Source: a virus
Lineage: Duplodnaviria; Caudoviricetes
IMG/VR virus record: IMGVR_UViG_3300049489_000174
Location: 1 to 52,429 of that record
Strand: one strand, 5' to 3'
DNA length: 52,429 bases
Shown here: one piece after another, positions 1 through 8,692 of the stretch
Layout: every line of letters begins with the position of its first letter
Numbering within the stretch: position 1 is the first letter of the stretch
The notes under the pieces: generated by a model
Databases searched by the model: none
The model's input: only the letters and a program-made list of their open reading frames with translations
What the model was told of the DNA's origin: nothing
Made by a program: the position numbers and the translations under genes

Positions 1-10
1 ATGCTGCCGC

Positions 11-87
11 TGCTGCCGCTGCTGCCGCTGCAAGAAAACAAATGAAATTAAAGCAAGTAGCAATTATCAAAGAGTTTATTGGTGTTA
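11..87. repeat. 77-bp terminal direct repeat (assembly overlap; circular or circularly permuted genome)
   Basis: 11-87 is identical to 52353-52429; the ORF starting at 51916 continues in frame across the junction to TAA at 105-107. Confidence 0.9.
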
Positions 88-190
88 ATCCCTTTGCAAA
101 GGTCTAACCAATGAACGAAAATGAAGCTACGCTGTTAGCAGTATTAATACTGCTATGCGTTGTATTATCTTCTTCGCCAAAAGGCGACCA

Positions 191-316
191 ATGAACCGTT
201 GGACCAAAGAAGACAAAGCAGAGGTGCTATACACAATCCTCTGTACGCTTATAATCGCAGCGATATTCTTTCCATTCTTCAAATACACAATCATCACCGT
301 TATCCTAGGAAACTAA
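191..316 (+). CDS. small membrane protein (41 aa, not in ORF track)
   Basis: MNRWTKEDKAEVLYTILCTLIIAAIFFPFFKYTIITVILGN; ATGA-coupled to a 27-aa ORF at 111-194. Confidence 0.5.
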   Translation: MNRWTKEDKAEVLYTILCTLIIAAIFFPFFKYTIITVILGN

Positions 317-317
317 C

Positions 318-557
318 ATGTCTACATGGAAAGTGCAGATATTCGGCAAAGAATGTAGTGAAACATGGGAGATTTCTGTTGTAAGAACAGACAACAAGCA
401 TGGTCAAGAATCATGGGGCTGGTTCGACTAAAATAAATTACTAGTAAGCCATAATGGAGGACCATGCCGTTGGCCTCTTACAAAATTCGTATTGGATAGA
501 CAAGTGCAGATAGCGCACGATCTATGCAATAACTTAAACACTAAGGAAACACCATGA
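318..557 (+). pseudogene. hypothetical protein gene interrupted by an in-frame TAA (429-431)
   Basis: MSTWKVQIF...SWGWFD*NKLLVSHNGGPCRWPL...KETP*; the frame stays open after the stop and ends in an ATGA overlap with the next gene. Confidence 0.6.
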
Positions 558-979
558 AACAAGAACTCCGCAACGACTGCATCGACGAAGCAATGTCAAT
601 GCAGATCAACGGTCGTAATCAAGAGAATTACAAGCACTATGCATTTGTAATTCAAAACGGACGTATTGTGTCATATGGATGTAACACTCGCGTAACACAT
701 AAAACGATTTATACTCGTACTACACCTGATGGTGTTACACTGTATAGTTTGCATGCTGAGTTTGTTGCATATCAGAAAGCCAAGAAATCAAAACTGTTTA
801 ATATCGAAGAACCATTTGATATTCTTGTGCTACGATTGAATAATCACTTACGGCTGATGGACAGCAAGCCATGCCGTATCTGTGAAAACTTCCTCTCACA
901 CACGTCGTGCCGTCGTGCCTATTACTCAAAGAGTAATAGTTTCACGATCGAAGGTAACGACTACGTGCAGATACAGTGA
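554..979 (+). CDS. Zn-dependent cytidine/deoxycytidylate deaminase-fold protein
   Basis: HAE and SKPCxxC motifs (SLHAEF...SKPCRIC); SD AAGGA upstream. Confidence 0.85.
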   Translation: MKQELRNDCIDEAMSMQINGRNQENYKHYAFVIQNGRIVSYGCNTRVTHKTIYTRTTPDGVTLYSLHAEFVAYQKAKKSKLFNIEEPFDILVLRLNNHLRLMDSKPCRICENFLSHTSCRRAYYSKSNSFTIEGNDYVQIQ

Positions 980-992
980 AAGGAAATAACAA

Positions 993-1187
993 ATGAAATA
1001 TATAATCCTATCTAGAGTATGCGTGTTTCTAAACAAAGAAAAGTTAGATGATTTTGCTGAATTAGTAGAAGATTACACAAAAGAAAGATGGGTACCTGTT
1101 GGTGGTGTATGTATTTCGATGGACGCCAATCGTAGCCCATCAGAATTTATAGTTGCACAATCATTAACATTTACAAAGGAAGGTTAA
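993..1187 (+). CDS. DUF1737-like small protein
   Basis: W-x-P-x-GG-V...Q-S-L pattern resembles DUF1737; SD AAGGA. Confidence 0.55.
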   Translation: MKYIILSRVCVFLNKEKLDDFAELVEDYTKERWVPVGGVCISMDANRSPSEFIVAQSLTFTKEG

Positions 1188-1190
1188 TCA

Positions 1191-1379
1191 ATGAAAGTCT
1201 ACCTAAACACATACAGCCATTATCCCGTCATATCTCTGTGTACAGAGCAAAACAGTGCATTTGATATGGTAGTAGATATTCCAGCTAATCTAGTAAAACA
1301 ATATCAAGATGCAGAAGAAAAATATACTAAGATACAAGAAAAACTCTTATCATACTATAAAGAAGCCAAGAAAGGCTAA
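1191..1379 (+). CDS. hypothetical protein
   Basis: tightly packed ORF with SD. Confidence 0.7.
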   Translation: MKVYLNTYSHYPVISLCTEQNSAFDMVVDIPANLVKQYQDAEEKYTKIQEKLLSYYKEAKKG

Positions 1380-1382
1380 CAA

Positions 1383-1610
1383 ATGAACCTTCGCACCATC
1401 GACCCAAACACCAAATACGACCTACGTAGTGCAGTATCACTACGTAATGGTATCACACTATACGAAGCATTCCTAGCATGGTCACGCAAAGGCTGTGAAA
1501 TTGCTAAGGATACAAGTAACCGTACACCTGAGGTACGTAGACGAATAGTACAGAGATGCTTTCGTAAGGCTAAGAATTGCTTTCATGTTAGAATGATGCC
1601 GGAGGTGTAA
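1383..1610 (+). CDS. hypothetical basic protein
   Basis: tight operon packing. Confidence 0.7.
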   Translation: MNLRTIDPNTKYDLRSAVSLRNGITLYEAFLAWSRKGCEIAKDTSNRTPEVRRRIVQRCFRKAKNCFHVRMMPEV

Positions 1611-1611
1611 A

Positions 1612-1770
1612 ATGCACACACCACAGATCCTAATTATAATTCTGTTTACAATCAGAGTAACATATGCTGCATGCTGCAACGGAGAAAGTAGAAAGATAGT
1701 TGGATGGGCTACGTTTATTAATGTAGTATTACTAACAGCACTGCTGTATTGGGGAGGTTTCTTTGGGTAA
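1612..1770 (+). CDS. small two-TM membrane protein (52 aa, not in ORF track)
   Basis: SD GGAGG; MHTPQILIIILFTIRV...LLYWGGFFG. Confidence 0.6.
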   Translation: MHTPQILIIILFTIRVTYAACCNGESRKIVGWATFINVVLLTALLYWGGFFG

Positions 1771-2020
1771 CTCACCTGAAATTCACACACAGAAATATGT
1801 ATACATAGAAGACATCGTTGAGTCGTTCAATCTCAATAGTGAGCAAGCACACGATCTTTTAACAGAAAGCACAACTGTTACATTCGGAGATGATGCAGAG
1901 GTATTCATCTCTGCTAATATACTGAAAAACATCTTTTCTGATATTTGTAACATTCCACTATCTGATTATCTTAGCTCGTTGCACAGCAAGCAAATTCAAA
2001 TTCTCATCCATCGTGGTTAA
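1763..2020 (+). CDS. hypothetical protein
   Basis: TTG start with GGAGG SD. Confidence 0.6.
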   Translation: MGNSPEIHTQKYVYIEDIVESFNLNSEQAHDLLTESTTVTFGDDAEVFISANILKNIFSDICNIPLSDYLSSLHSKQIQILIHRG

Positions 2021-2045
2021 TAGCCACACAAACAAGGAACGCAAC

Positions 2046-2660
2046 ATGCGTAAGCCCACCCGTCGTATCAACGACACGTTCAACAACAATACTGCACTAA
2101 AGATAATTGCTTTAGTGCAGCACACTCCAACACCTACAATTCACGAAGTTAGAAAACTTCTTGAGAGTGTTGGTAAGATTATTCGTACTAACTACGTTCG
2201 TCGTGTTGATGTTGTAGGATTGAAGAAGACTCATAAAATCAAAAGTATCGAAGAAGGAAAGACAAAGGCCCGCTGTAAGGCTGGTGATATTGTTAAGGCT
2301 CTGCATAGTATTAATAGTAAGTTAGGGCATAATCGTAAATGTATTATTATAGATGAAGTATCTAAAACATTAATGCCTATGGCTGTATCTCTGGAGAGTA
2401 ACCATGGCACTGATGCAACGGTTAGGCGGTTTACTCCGCAGCCTAACTTTGCACCACATGTATTAAAGCAAGCAGAAGCGCGCATTAATCGTGTTAAACC
2501 TCCTACCACTGAAGTAACACCACCTACTAGAGCCGAGAAAAAGCGTACAGAGCAGCTAATCGCTGAACGCGAAGCCCGTCGCTCGCAGTTACAAGAAGAA
2601 CGTAAGATTGCACTACAAAAGCTCGCTGATAAGATTGACAAGTTAAAAGCTCAGGTGTAA
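2046..2660 (+). CDS. hypothetical basic protein with C-terminal coiled coil
   Basis: ATG 2046 preceded by AAGGA; K/R-rich. Confidence 0.75.
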   Translation: MRKPTRRINDTFNNNTALKIIALVQHTPTPTIHEVRKLLESVGKIIRTNYVRRVDVVGLKKTHKIKSIEEGKTKARCKAGDIVKALHSINSKLGHNRKCIIIDEVSKTLMPMAVSLESNHGTDATVRRFTPQPNFAPHVLKQAEARINRVKPPTTEVTPPTRAEKKRTEQLIAEREARRSQLQEERKIALQKLADKIDKLKAQV

Positions 2661-2661
2661 C

Positions 2662-2895
2662 GTGCCTGATTTCAGCCACCGCATAGACTGCTCTACTGAG
2701 GTGCGAGCACACTATGTGAAAATGAAGTATGAGAAAATAGTAGTATTGAAACATCATCTAGCTGCTCTTACACTGACAGTAGATGGGCAGTTTGTATATA
2801 TTGATGGGCTAATAACTACTGCTCAAGATCCAGGATACATACGTGGTTTGCTAGATGGCGTCAAAGAAACAATCACCGTTTACTACGAAGGGTAA
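2662..2895 (+). CDS. hypothetical protein (start uncertain)
   Basis: ORF in the early cluster. Confidence 0.5.
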   Translation: MPDFSHRIDCSTEVRAHYVKMKYEKIVVLKHHLAALTLTVDGQFVYIDGLITTAQDPGYIRGLLDGVKETITVYYEG

Positions 2896-3163
2896 ACAAT
2901 GCAACGCTATTCATCATTCGCAATTAATTCAATGCACGAGTCTACTGATGGCGAGTATGTAAAATACTCTGATGTAGAAGCATTGATTGCTCGCAATAAT
3001 ATTTTAGAAAAGTAATGGATAGATTTATAGGAAATATTGGTGATAAAAAGCTATTAAATGCCAAGTTAAATGTATTAAAGCCATATGCCACTACTGATAC
3101 AGAAGCAAGATCAGTATGTGAATGTATTGAACTATTACTTTTACTACCTTGAAAGGATGATAT

Positions 3164-3373
3164 ATGCCATACTATATTCATAAGCCACATTGGTTTAGAC
3201 GCGGATTAAAGCGTAAGTTTAAGGCAAATAAAGGATTGCATAGGGATTGTAGTAAAGCTTCGAGGGCTTATGTAGATAATCATGATGATTCATCTGTATT
3301 TAGAAGCTTCCGCCCATTTATGAGAGACTCTAGACACATGCAGAAAGGAATGGTGAAATATGCCACAAAGTGA
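3164..3373 (+). CDS. hypothetical protein
   Basis: SD AAGGA; overlaps next gene. Confidence 0.55.
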   Translation: MPYYIHKPHWFRRGLKRKFKANKGLHRDCSKASRAYVDNHDDSSVFRSFRPFMRDSRHMQKGMVKYATK

Positions 3374-3659
3374 CCGCGCCCGTCGTGCCGCAGAAAAGCT
3401 GGAGCTTCTGAAACGCAACCTAGATAAAGATGTATTTATTATTGCATCAGGCACATGGTTACGTGTTAAGCTAAATGCAATACAAGTAAGTGAAGATCAG
3501 AAAACATATTGGTACTATACAAGTGCGTTCAATGAAAGTTTCAGAACTAACAATGTATATCTGACCATTCAATCATGCAATGCTGCTATTGCATCAAAGT
3601 GGCGTTGGATCAAAGCAGGTAAAGCAACACATAAGGATTTGAACTATGTCCATTCGTGA
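3360..3659 (+). CDS. hypothetical protein
   Basis: overlapping operon packing. Confidence 0.7.
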   Translation: MPQSDRARRAAEKLELLKRNLDKDVFIIASGTWLRVKLNAIQVSEDQKTYWYYTSAFNESFRTNNVYLTIQSCNAAIASKWRWIKAGKATHKDLNYVHS

Positions 3660-3840
3660 AGATGTAGCAAAGTATCTTCATAATAATGAGGTGCTACGAC
3701 TAAACTGGCACTTATCGTATGCGTTTACTGATGAAATCTTAGCACTAGTTCAGAAAGGTCTAGAGAAAGAACTGACCAATGGGTCTAGTAATAACAAGAG
3801 TGAGACAGACAGTAGAGAAATTCAAAACATTCCCAGCTGA
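3646..3840 (+). CDS. hypothetical protein
   Basis: SD AAGGA. Confidence 0.55.
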   Translation: MSIREDVAKYLHNNEVLRLNWHLSYAFTDEILALVQKGLEKELTNGSSNNKSETDSREIQNIPS

Positions 3841-4000
3841 TAAGTTTCATCTCTGCATACTAGTCAATGGGATTAGCTTCTACACTCGTATAGAATACGG
3901 CAGAAGTTACCCATTAACTAGAGCAAACTTCCCTGTTCCACAAACACTACTGCTAGAAATGAACCTAGCAACTAACACATGGAGAGCCTATTATGTATGA
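3779..4000 (+). CDS. hypothetical protein
   Basis: operon packing. Confidence 0.6.
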   Translation: MGLVITRVRQTVEKFKTFPADKFHLCILVNGISFYTRIEYGRSYPLTRANFPVPQTLLLEMNLATNTWRAYYV

Positions 4001-4217
4001 TTTACAGAAATTACAAGAACAACTCACCGATGCAGTAATTGCTAATACTGCAAAAACTATTAAACTATTAGGAAATAGGATGCGAGAGTGCAGTTATATA
4101 AGCGATGATGCTCTTAATAGCTACTATAGATATAGAACAGAAGCAATAAAAAATAGTAATGAGAGGCTAACTCAAATTTCTAAGCTAATCACAGATATTC
4201 AGAACGATGCAACGTAA
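3993..4217 (+). CDS. hypothetical protein
   Basis: SD GGAG; helical. Confidence 0.65.
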   Translation: MYDLQKLQEQLTDAVIANTAKTIKLLGNRMRECSYISDDALNSYYRYRTEAIKNSNERLTQISKLITDIQNDAT

Positions 4218-4285
4218 ATAACACCTGATAAATATACAGAAAGGAGGTGATTATGGAGTTATCTCTTTATGATGGAGAAAGAGAA

Positions 4286-4870
4286 GTGAATATATTCTAC
4301 CTTCACCCTTGTGCCGCAGTATCTGCGTCCTACATGCATGATAAGCATGTAGTAAAAATGATAGTAGAATCTGCACAATTACTATCCACAGCAGCACAGA
4401 TGGTTTGTATGGAGCGTGATACTAGACTCTACAAACCATGTTATATCAATCATCCATGCGCTGTGTGGACTAGATTATCAGTAGATAATTATGAGTGGTT
4501 ATATCAGCACTATATATCTCTTATCAAGATATATGAGTTCACATATAACGACGAGCATCGTAGTGCAGAACTAATGAAGGCATTAAAAGAATATCTAGTT
4601 CTTATGCCTAAAACAGGCTTTACTGAGCCACCATTATGCATGCCTGATGAGTATAAAGTACCTAATGTATCACATTATATCTCATATCGTAAGTATTATC
4701 TAGCCGAAAAAGCTAAAAAGCGTCACTACCGTCGTATCAAACCACCATATTGGGTACAAGAGTACCACAACGCTAGGAGTAACCACGCGATAGAAACAAC
4801 AGTATATTTACCAACAAAATCGGATCTTGAAGAATTGTCGTCGGATCAGTCAGTCTCAGACGAAACCTAA
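4286..4870 (+). CDS. pyrimidine-dimer DNA glycosylase / endonuclease V-like family protein
   Basis: family-typical (M)NIFYL...DKHVVKMIVESAQLLSTA, NHPCAVW, PPLCMPDEYK, YRKYY; GTG start at 4286 after GGAG. Confidence 0.8.
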   Translation: MNIFYLHPCAAVSASYMHDKHVVKMIVESAQLLSTAAQMVCMERDTRLYKPCYINHPCAVWTRLSVDNYEWLYQHYISLIKIYEFTYNDEHRSAELMKALKEYLVLMPKTGFTEPPLCMPDEYKVPNVSHYISYRKYYLAEKAKKRHYRRIKPPYWVQEYHNARSNHAIETTVYLPTKSDLEELSSDQSVSDET

Positions 4871-4884
4871 AAGACACTTTCCGC

Positions 4885-4912
4885 TTGCATTCATCATCAA
4901 GTAGGGTATAAT
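4885..4912 (+). promoter_or_regulatory. sigma70-type promoter TTGCAT-N16-TATAAT
   Basis: -35 at 4885-4890, -10 at 4907-4912, intergenic. Confidence 0.75.
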
Positions 4913-5012
4913 AGTCTTACACCCGGACACCAACCCCACCCGGCCCGTCCAGCCAATGGCCGAAGGTCCAACACCTTCAAAAGAAAACAACAAAGTAAGA
5001 AAAGAATATAAC

Positions 5013-5534
5013 ATGCCTCTCCCCGCCGCTATCACTAAGTCAGTCGCTCCTACCACCACTGCAACCGCTCCAGTTACTGCGGCTGCTACAAATGCAGTTG
5101 AGACTTCTGCTCCAGAAGCATCAGCCGATAAGAAGGTTTCACATATCAAGCAGTTCGCATCAGTTAAGGATGAAGCCGGTAATCTGATTCCTGTTCCTCG
5201 TCCACTTGGTGTTGATCTAGTTGAGTTCGCTAAGGAAACCTACGCTTTCGTCAATGACAAAGCTAAGGCCCTTGGTGCCGAGCTAGCTGAGCTAGTCGAA
5301 GCTGCTGATAGCCTAGATAAGGAAACCATCCCCGGTTCTAAGGAAGGCAAAATCACCTACGGTTTCGCCAACATCCTAGTCAAGCTGTCAGACATCTACG
5401 ATGCAACTCAGCGTAAGCGTGGCGCTGGCGGCTTCGCTGCTATCAAGGCTCGTGAAGCTGCTAAGGATGCTAAGATCGAACAGCTACAGAAGCAGCTCGA
5501 AGCCCTCATGGCTCAGCTTAATGGAGCAAAGTGA
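5013..5534 (+). CDS. probably abundant hypothetical protein (Ala/Thr-rich N-terminus, C-terminal coiled coil)
   Basis: own promoter and terminator; C-ending codons like the capsid gene; ATG at 5013. Confidence 0.8.
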   Translation: MPLPAAITKSVAPTTTATAPVTAAATNAVETSAPEASADKKVSHIKQFASVKDEAGNLIPVPRPLGVDLVEFAKETYAFVNDKAKALGAELAELVEAADSLDKETIPGSKEGKITYGFANILVKLSDIYDATQRKRGAGGFAAIKAREAAKDAKIEQLQKQLEALMAQLNGAK

Positions 5535-5587
5535 TCGGACTAGGCAAACAACCCTAATAGCTGCCTAGATAATATATAAGGGGCAAC

Positions 5588-5637
5588 ACCCCTAGAAGTG
5601 CGAAAACAATAGTAGCGCTTCTAGGGGTTTGTTGTTT
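5588..5637 (+). terminator. intrinsic terminator
   Basis: ACCCCTAGAAGTGC / GCGCTTCTAGGGGT stem followed by TTGTTGTTT. Confidence 0.8.
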
Positions 5638-5657
5638 ATATAGACTAGGAAATAACA

Positions 5658-5993
5658 ATGATCAAACACTACGTATCATGGCGTGTATATGGTAAGACAC
5701 TTTTCTTCTGCGATACAGAATACAAGAGTGTATACAACTACTTTCTGAAACATTGCCCAGGTACCGCAGATATTAAGACAAGGTTGTTTCAAGTAGAGGA
5801 TGTAAAGAATGCTGATAAAATGGTGTATGCTGCGGTAACAGGTAACAAGGATGCATTTATCAAGAAATTATTTCAACAATTCGCTGATAAGTACACAGCA
5901 GGATGCATTATTCGTTATACACAGCAGGTGCTACGTGAGCATCCACCGAAGGTTAATGTTGTGAAAGATGAAGATTTATGTTTAATACCGTAG
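5658..5993 (+). CDS. hypothetical protein
   Basis: SD AGGA, 111 aa. Confidence 0.75.
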   Translation: MIKHYVSWRVYGKTLFFCDTEYKSVYNYFLKHCPGTADIKTRLFQVEDVKNADKMVYAAVTGNKDAFIKKLFQQFADKYTAGCIIRYTQQVLREHPPKVNVVKDEDLCLIP

Positions 5994-6016
5994 TATCTAC
6001 GACACTTTAATTCTAC

Positions 6017-6044
6017 TTGACTTTTCCATAAAGCCCGGTAGAAT
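6017..6044 (+). promoter_or_regulatory. sigma70-type promoter TTGACT-N16-TAGAAT
   Basis: intergenic; spacer shared with the promoters at 13048 and 46395. Confidence 0.8.
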
Positions 6045-6061
6045 GCACTCAAGGACAAACA

Positions 6062-6403
6062 ATGAGCATCATCTCACAGATGGAAGAAATCGACGCTAAG
6101 CGTAAGCAGCTTAAACGCTACAACGCTGATGTTCATTACAATTTTACACGTACCGACGATCTTAGAAAGCTGCTAGAAGAAGCTAAGAAGTCTCTAGCAT
6201 ATTATCAAGAATGTATACCGATGATCGAAGCTGAGTTAATTGCTATTGCTAAAGATACAGAAGCAAAAGAAAAGTATATTGTGAACTACAGCAGTAAGAT
6301 TGAGAATATCGAAGAAGCAACAAAGCTAGCACTTAAGATTGCAAAGCTAGAAAAAGAGAAGGCTGCTGCAATCAAAAAGAATGCAAGAACACCTGTTAAC
6401 TAA
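6062..6403 (+). CDS. coiled-coil hypothetical protein
   Basis: SD AAGGA; heptad pattern. Confidence 0.75.
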   Translation: MSIISQMEEIDAKRKQLKRYNADVHYNFTRTDDLRKLLEEAKKSLAYYQECIPMIEAELIAIAKDTEAKEKYIVNYSSKIENIEEATKLALKIAKLEKEKAAAIKKNARTPVN

Positions 6404-6419
6404 GCCGATAGGATAATAC

Positions 6420-6701
6420 ATGAGTAGCTTCGCTGATTTCAAAGACTTTTATGCTAGGCATAAAGACATCATTGCTAAGTATGAAGCTAAGCGAAGCTAC
6501 GTCGAAACGTTGCTTGAAACAAAAGCAGAATCCGCTGATCCTGTGGAACAAAGTATCTTAGAAACTTGGTTACAAGCTGGTTCTACGTGGCTGCGAGACA
6601 ATGAAGAAGAATACAATAAAGCTACTACAATATCTAAGTTATGTGAGAGTGATGTTAACTCTGTGTTTGAGTTATACGATTCAATCTATTCAACCCAATA
6701 A
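6420..6701 (+). CDS. hypothetical protein
   Basis: SD AGGA. Confidence 0.75.
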   Translation: MSSFADFKDFYARHKDIIAKYEAKRSYVETLLETKAESADPVEQSILETWLQAGSTWLRDNEEEYNKATTISKLCESDVNSVFELYDSIYSTQ

Positions 6702-6713
6702 CGAAAGACAATA

Positions 6714-7010
6714 ATGTCAGATCCTCAATTTACTAATGATTGGTGTAAATTAGAAGGTATTACAATTAAAGAAGATGGAAGCCATGTGTTTACTTTGGCC
6801 TCTACTTTGATCAATAGATATAAGAATTTCAGTAGTGCGCTACATCTGATCTTTGGGCTATCATGGCATAATCATCGTGATTATCTACATCGGTGCAAAG
6901 AACATCTGATGCAAGTGTGGACTAAAGATCAAGTAGCAACGGAAGAATGGTTGCAACAGTTCGTTCAGTATTATATCACAGAAGTCGAACAATACCCACA
7001 GGATGGCTGA
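6714..7010 (+). CDS. hypothetical protein
   Basis: operon packing. Confidence 0.7.
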   Translation: MSDPQFTNDWCKLEGITIKEDGSHVFTLASTLINRYKNFSSALHLIFGLSWHNHRDYLHRCKEHLMQVWTKDQVATEEWLQQFVQYYITEVEQYPQDG

Positions 7011-7013
7011 GCC

Positions 7014-7280
7014 ATGGCTAAAACTAAGGCTGATCTAGAGCAAGAGATTGTTGAGAAGGATCGTAGTATTAGAATGTTAAAAGAGCGAATTGATGTATTA
7101 TATCAACGTAAGACTAAGCGCGCTGTATTAGAACTTCATAATGCACGTAAGTACAGTAAACATATTGAGCTTGAATCGGCGAAAGTTTCTGCACTTAATA
7201 GTATTGCAGTGTCTTTAAGCGATATTAACAGTATTTTACGGCAGGCCGCAGAACCTAAGAACAAAGGTAAAAAGTCATGA
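7014..7280 (+). CDS. coiled-coil hypothetical protein
   Basis: operon packing. Confidence 0.7.
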   Translation: MAKTKADLEQEIVEKDRSIRMLKERIDVLYQRKTKRAVLELHNARKYSKHIELESAKVSALNSIAVSLSDINSILRQAAEPKNKGKKS

Positions 7281-7450
7281 AACTATCCAAACTAGTAAAG
7301 CAAATTGCAAAGCTAGTCGAGATTCCAGAAGATGACATTGATCCTGACCTAATTTTTGAAGCGTTGCCCGCTGGTACAGTGGAAGACGATAGTGATGTTG
7401 ACCTAGAAGATGACAACACATTCGATCCACCCGAGATTGCAGACGAGTAA
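7277..7450 (+). CDS. 57-aa highly acidic protein (not in ORF track)
   Basis: ATGA overlap upstream and TAATG overlap downstream; MKLSKLVKQIAKLVEIPEDDIDPDLIFEALPAGTVEDDSDVDLEDDNTFDPPEIADE. Confidence 0.75.
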   Translation: MKLSKLVKQIAKLVEIPEDDIDPDLIFEALPAGTVEDDSDVDLEDDNTFDPPEIADE

Positions 7451-7965
7451 TGCCTATCAAGCGCTATAACAATATTACTGGTGAATGGGAAGAAATATCA
7501 CAATATCAATTCCGATTGATCAAACTTATAGCGCAAGGCGTCATTGATACTGGTCATTATCAAACTGTAAGGAATGGTAATGACCAGTTGTTAATGGAAA
7601 CCTTCTGCGACCCGTTGAACCTTTGTATCTTAGAAGGCCCAGAATCAACGATACGCTACATGTTCGATCTATGGGATGAAGATTGTAAGCCAGTAGTAAA
7701 CTTCCTAGTTAAAATATATAAGTCATGGCCTTCTGATCTAGGAGCAGAGAACATAGAGGCATGGCGAGACTTTATACTAGACTCCTACGATCTTCAAGAA
7801 GTATACGAAAGATTCCAGCTGATAAGTGACACTGGAAGTAAGTTAAAGAAACTACTAAAGCAGAAAATAAAGTATGCGACCAGACTTAGCAGACAGCTTG
7901 AGAAGATTAAATCTAATCGTAAAAAGTGGCGACAGAGCCGACGAGAACTTACTGGTGGCCGCTAA
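7450..7965 (+). CDS. hypothetical protein
   Basis: 171-aa ORF, translationally coupled. Confidence 0.75.
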   Translation: MPIKRYNNITGEWEEISQYQFRLIKLIAQGVIDTGHYQTVRNGNDQLLMETFCDPLNLCILEGPESTIRYMFDLWDEDCKPVVNFLVKIYKSWPSDLGAENIEAWRDFILDSYDLQEVYERFQLISDTGSKLKKLLKQKIKYATRLSRQLEKIKSNRKKWRQSRRELTGGR

Positions 7966-8257
7966 GTGCATAATGGCACTGATAACTGCACCTGCTGTAG
8001 TATTACAATCATATACCTCACTGAACGAAACGCATTACATGCATGAGTGCTTTATCTCTGAGATTATATGGGAATACTATGGTATAGGTAGGCGATACAA
8101 TCCTTTTGCTTGGCATCTAATGAAGACTATTAAACAGTATGACAAGAAACAATTTGCTGATGTAGGATTCAACAAAGAGTTTATATCAGTGTATTGTAAT
8201 ATGATAGATACAGTAAACACCTTAGCAACCACAGAAACACAAATAGCACTTATATGA
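7874..8257 (+). CDS. hypothetical protein (true start probably ~7955-7973)
   Basis: ATGA-coupled to the nuclease gene. Confidence 0.6.
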   Translation: MRPDLADSLRRLNLIVKSGDRADENLLVAAKCIMALITAPAVVLQSYTSLNETHYMHECFISEIIWEYYGIGRRYNPFAWHLMKTIKQYDKKQFADVGFNKEFISVYCNMIDTVNTLATTETQIALI

Positions 8258-8664
8258 GCCGACCAAACGAAGTATTAGAGTCTAACTTTAGCAAGAAGTT
8301 TAGGCAGACTCTAGAAGCATATGGATGCTATGCGCCTTGCATATCAGGTGGTATGTTCACTGCTGGGCAGCCAGATACTACTGTAGTAACTAGGCAAGGT
8401 GCTGTGTTATTCGTAGAGTTTAAGATATGGCGTATGACAGGACCACCACAGAATAAGCAAGCAGTAGAAAACCTACTGAAAGGACCACAGATAGCAGTAA
8501 TTAAGCACCGGCTGTGGAAGTATGGAGCAACCTGTGTTATAGTAGCACAGTTACATAACAATATAGATAAGTGTGCTTATACAGATGGCACTTACTTTGA
8601 TGTAGTAGAGTGGAAAACTTTAGCTAAGTCGTTAAGTGAATTGAAGCCAGCACCGATAGTATAA
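8254..8664 (+). CDS. VRR-NUC / PD-(D/E)xK nuclease (resolvase-like)
   Basis: E...GQPD...FVEFK...Q motif; adjacent to SNF2 helicase. Confidence 0.8.
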   Translation: MSRPNEVLESNFSKKFRQTLEAYGCYAPCISGGMFTAGQPDTTVVTRQGAVLFVEFKIWRMTGPPQNKQAVENLLKGPQIAVIKHRLWKYGATCVIVAQLHNNIDKCAYTDGTYFDVVEWKTLAKSLSELKPAPIV

Positions 8665-8692
8665 CAGATATACCTAACAAGAAAGAAACAAT

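Noticed and set aside
160-384. 74-aa ORF from the track
   Set aside because: TTG start without SD; the region is better tiled by the coupled small ORFs 111-194, 191-316 and 318-557
318-557. Stop-codon reassignment (alternative genetic code)
   Set aside because: All large genes are intact in code 11, TAA is the dominant stop, and there is no suppressor tRNA
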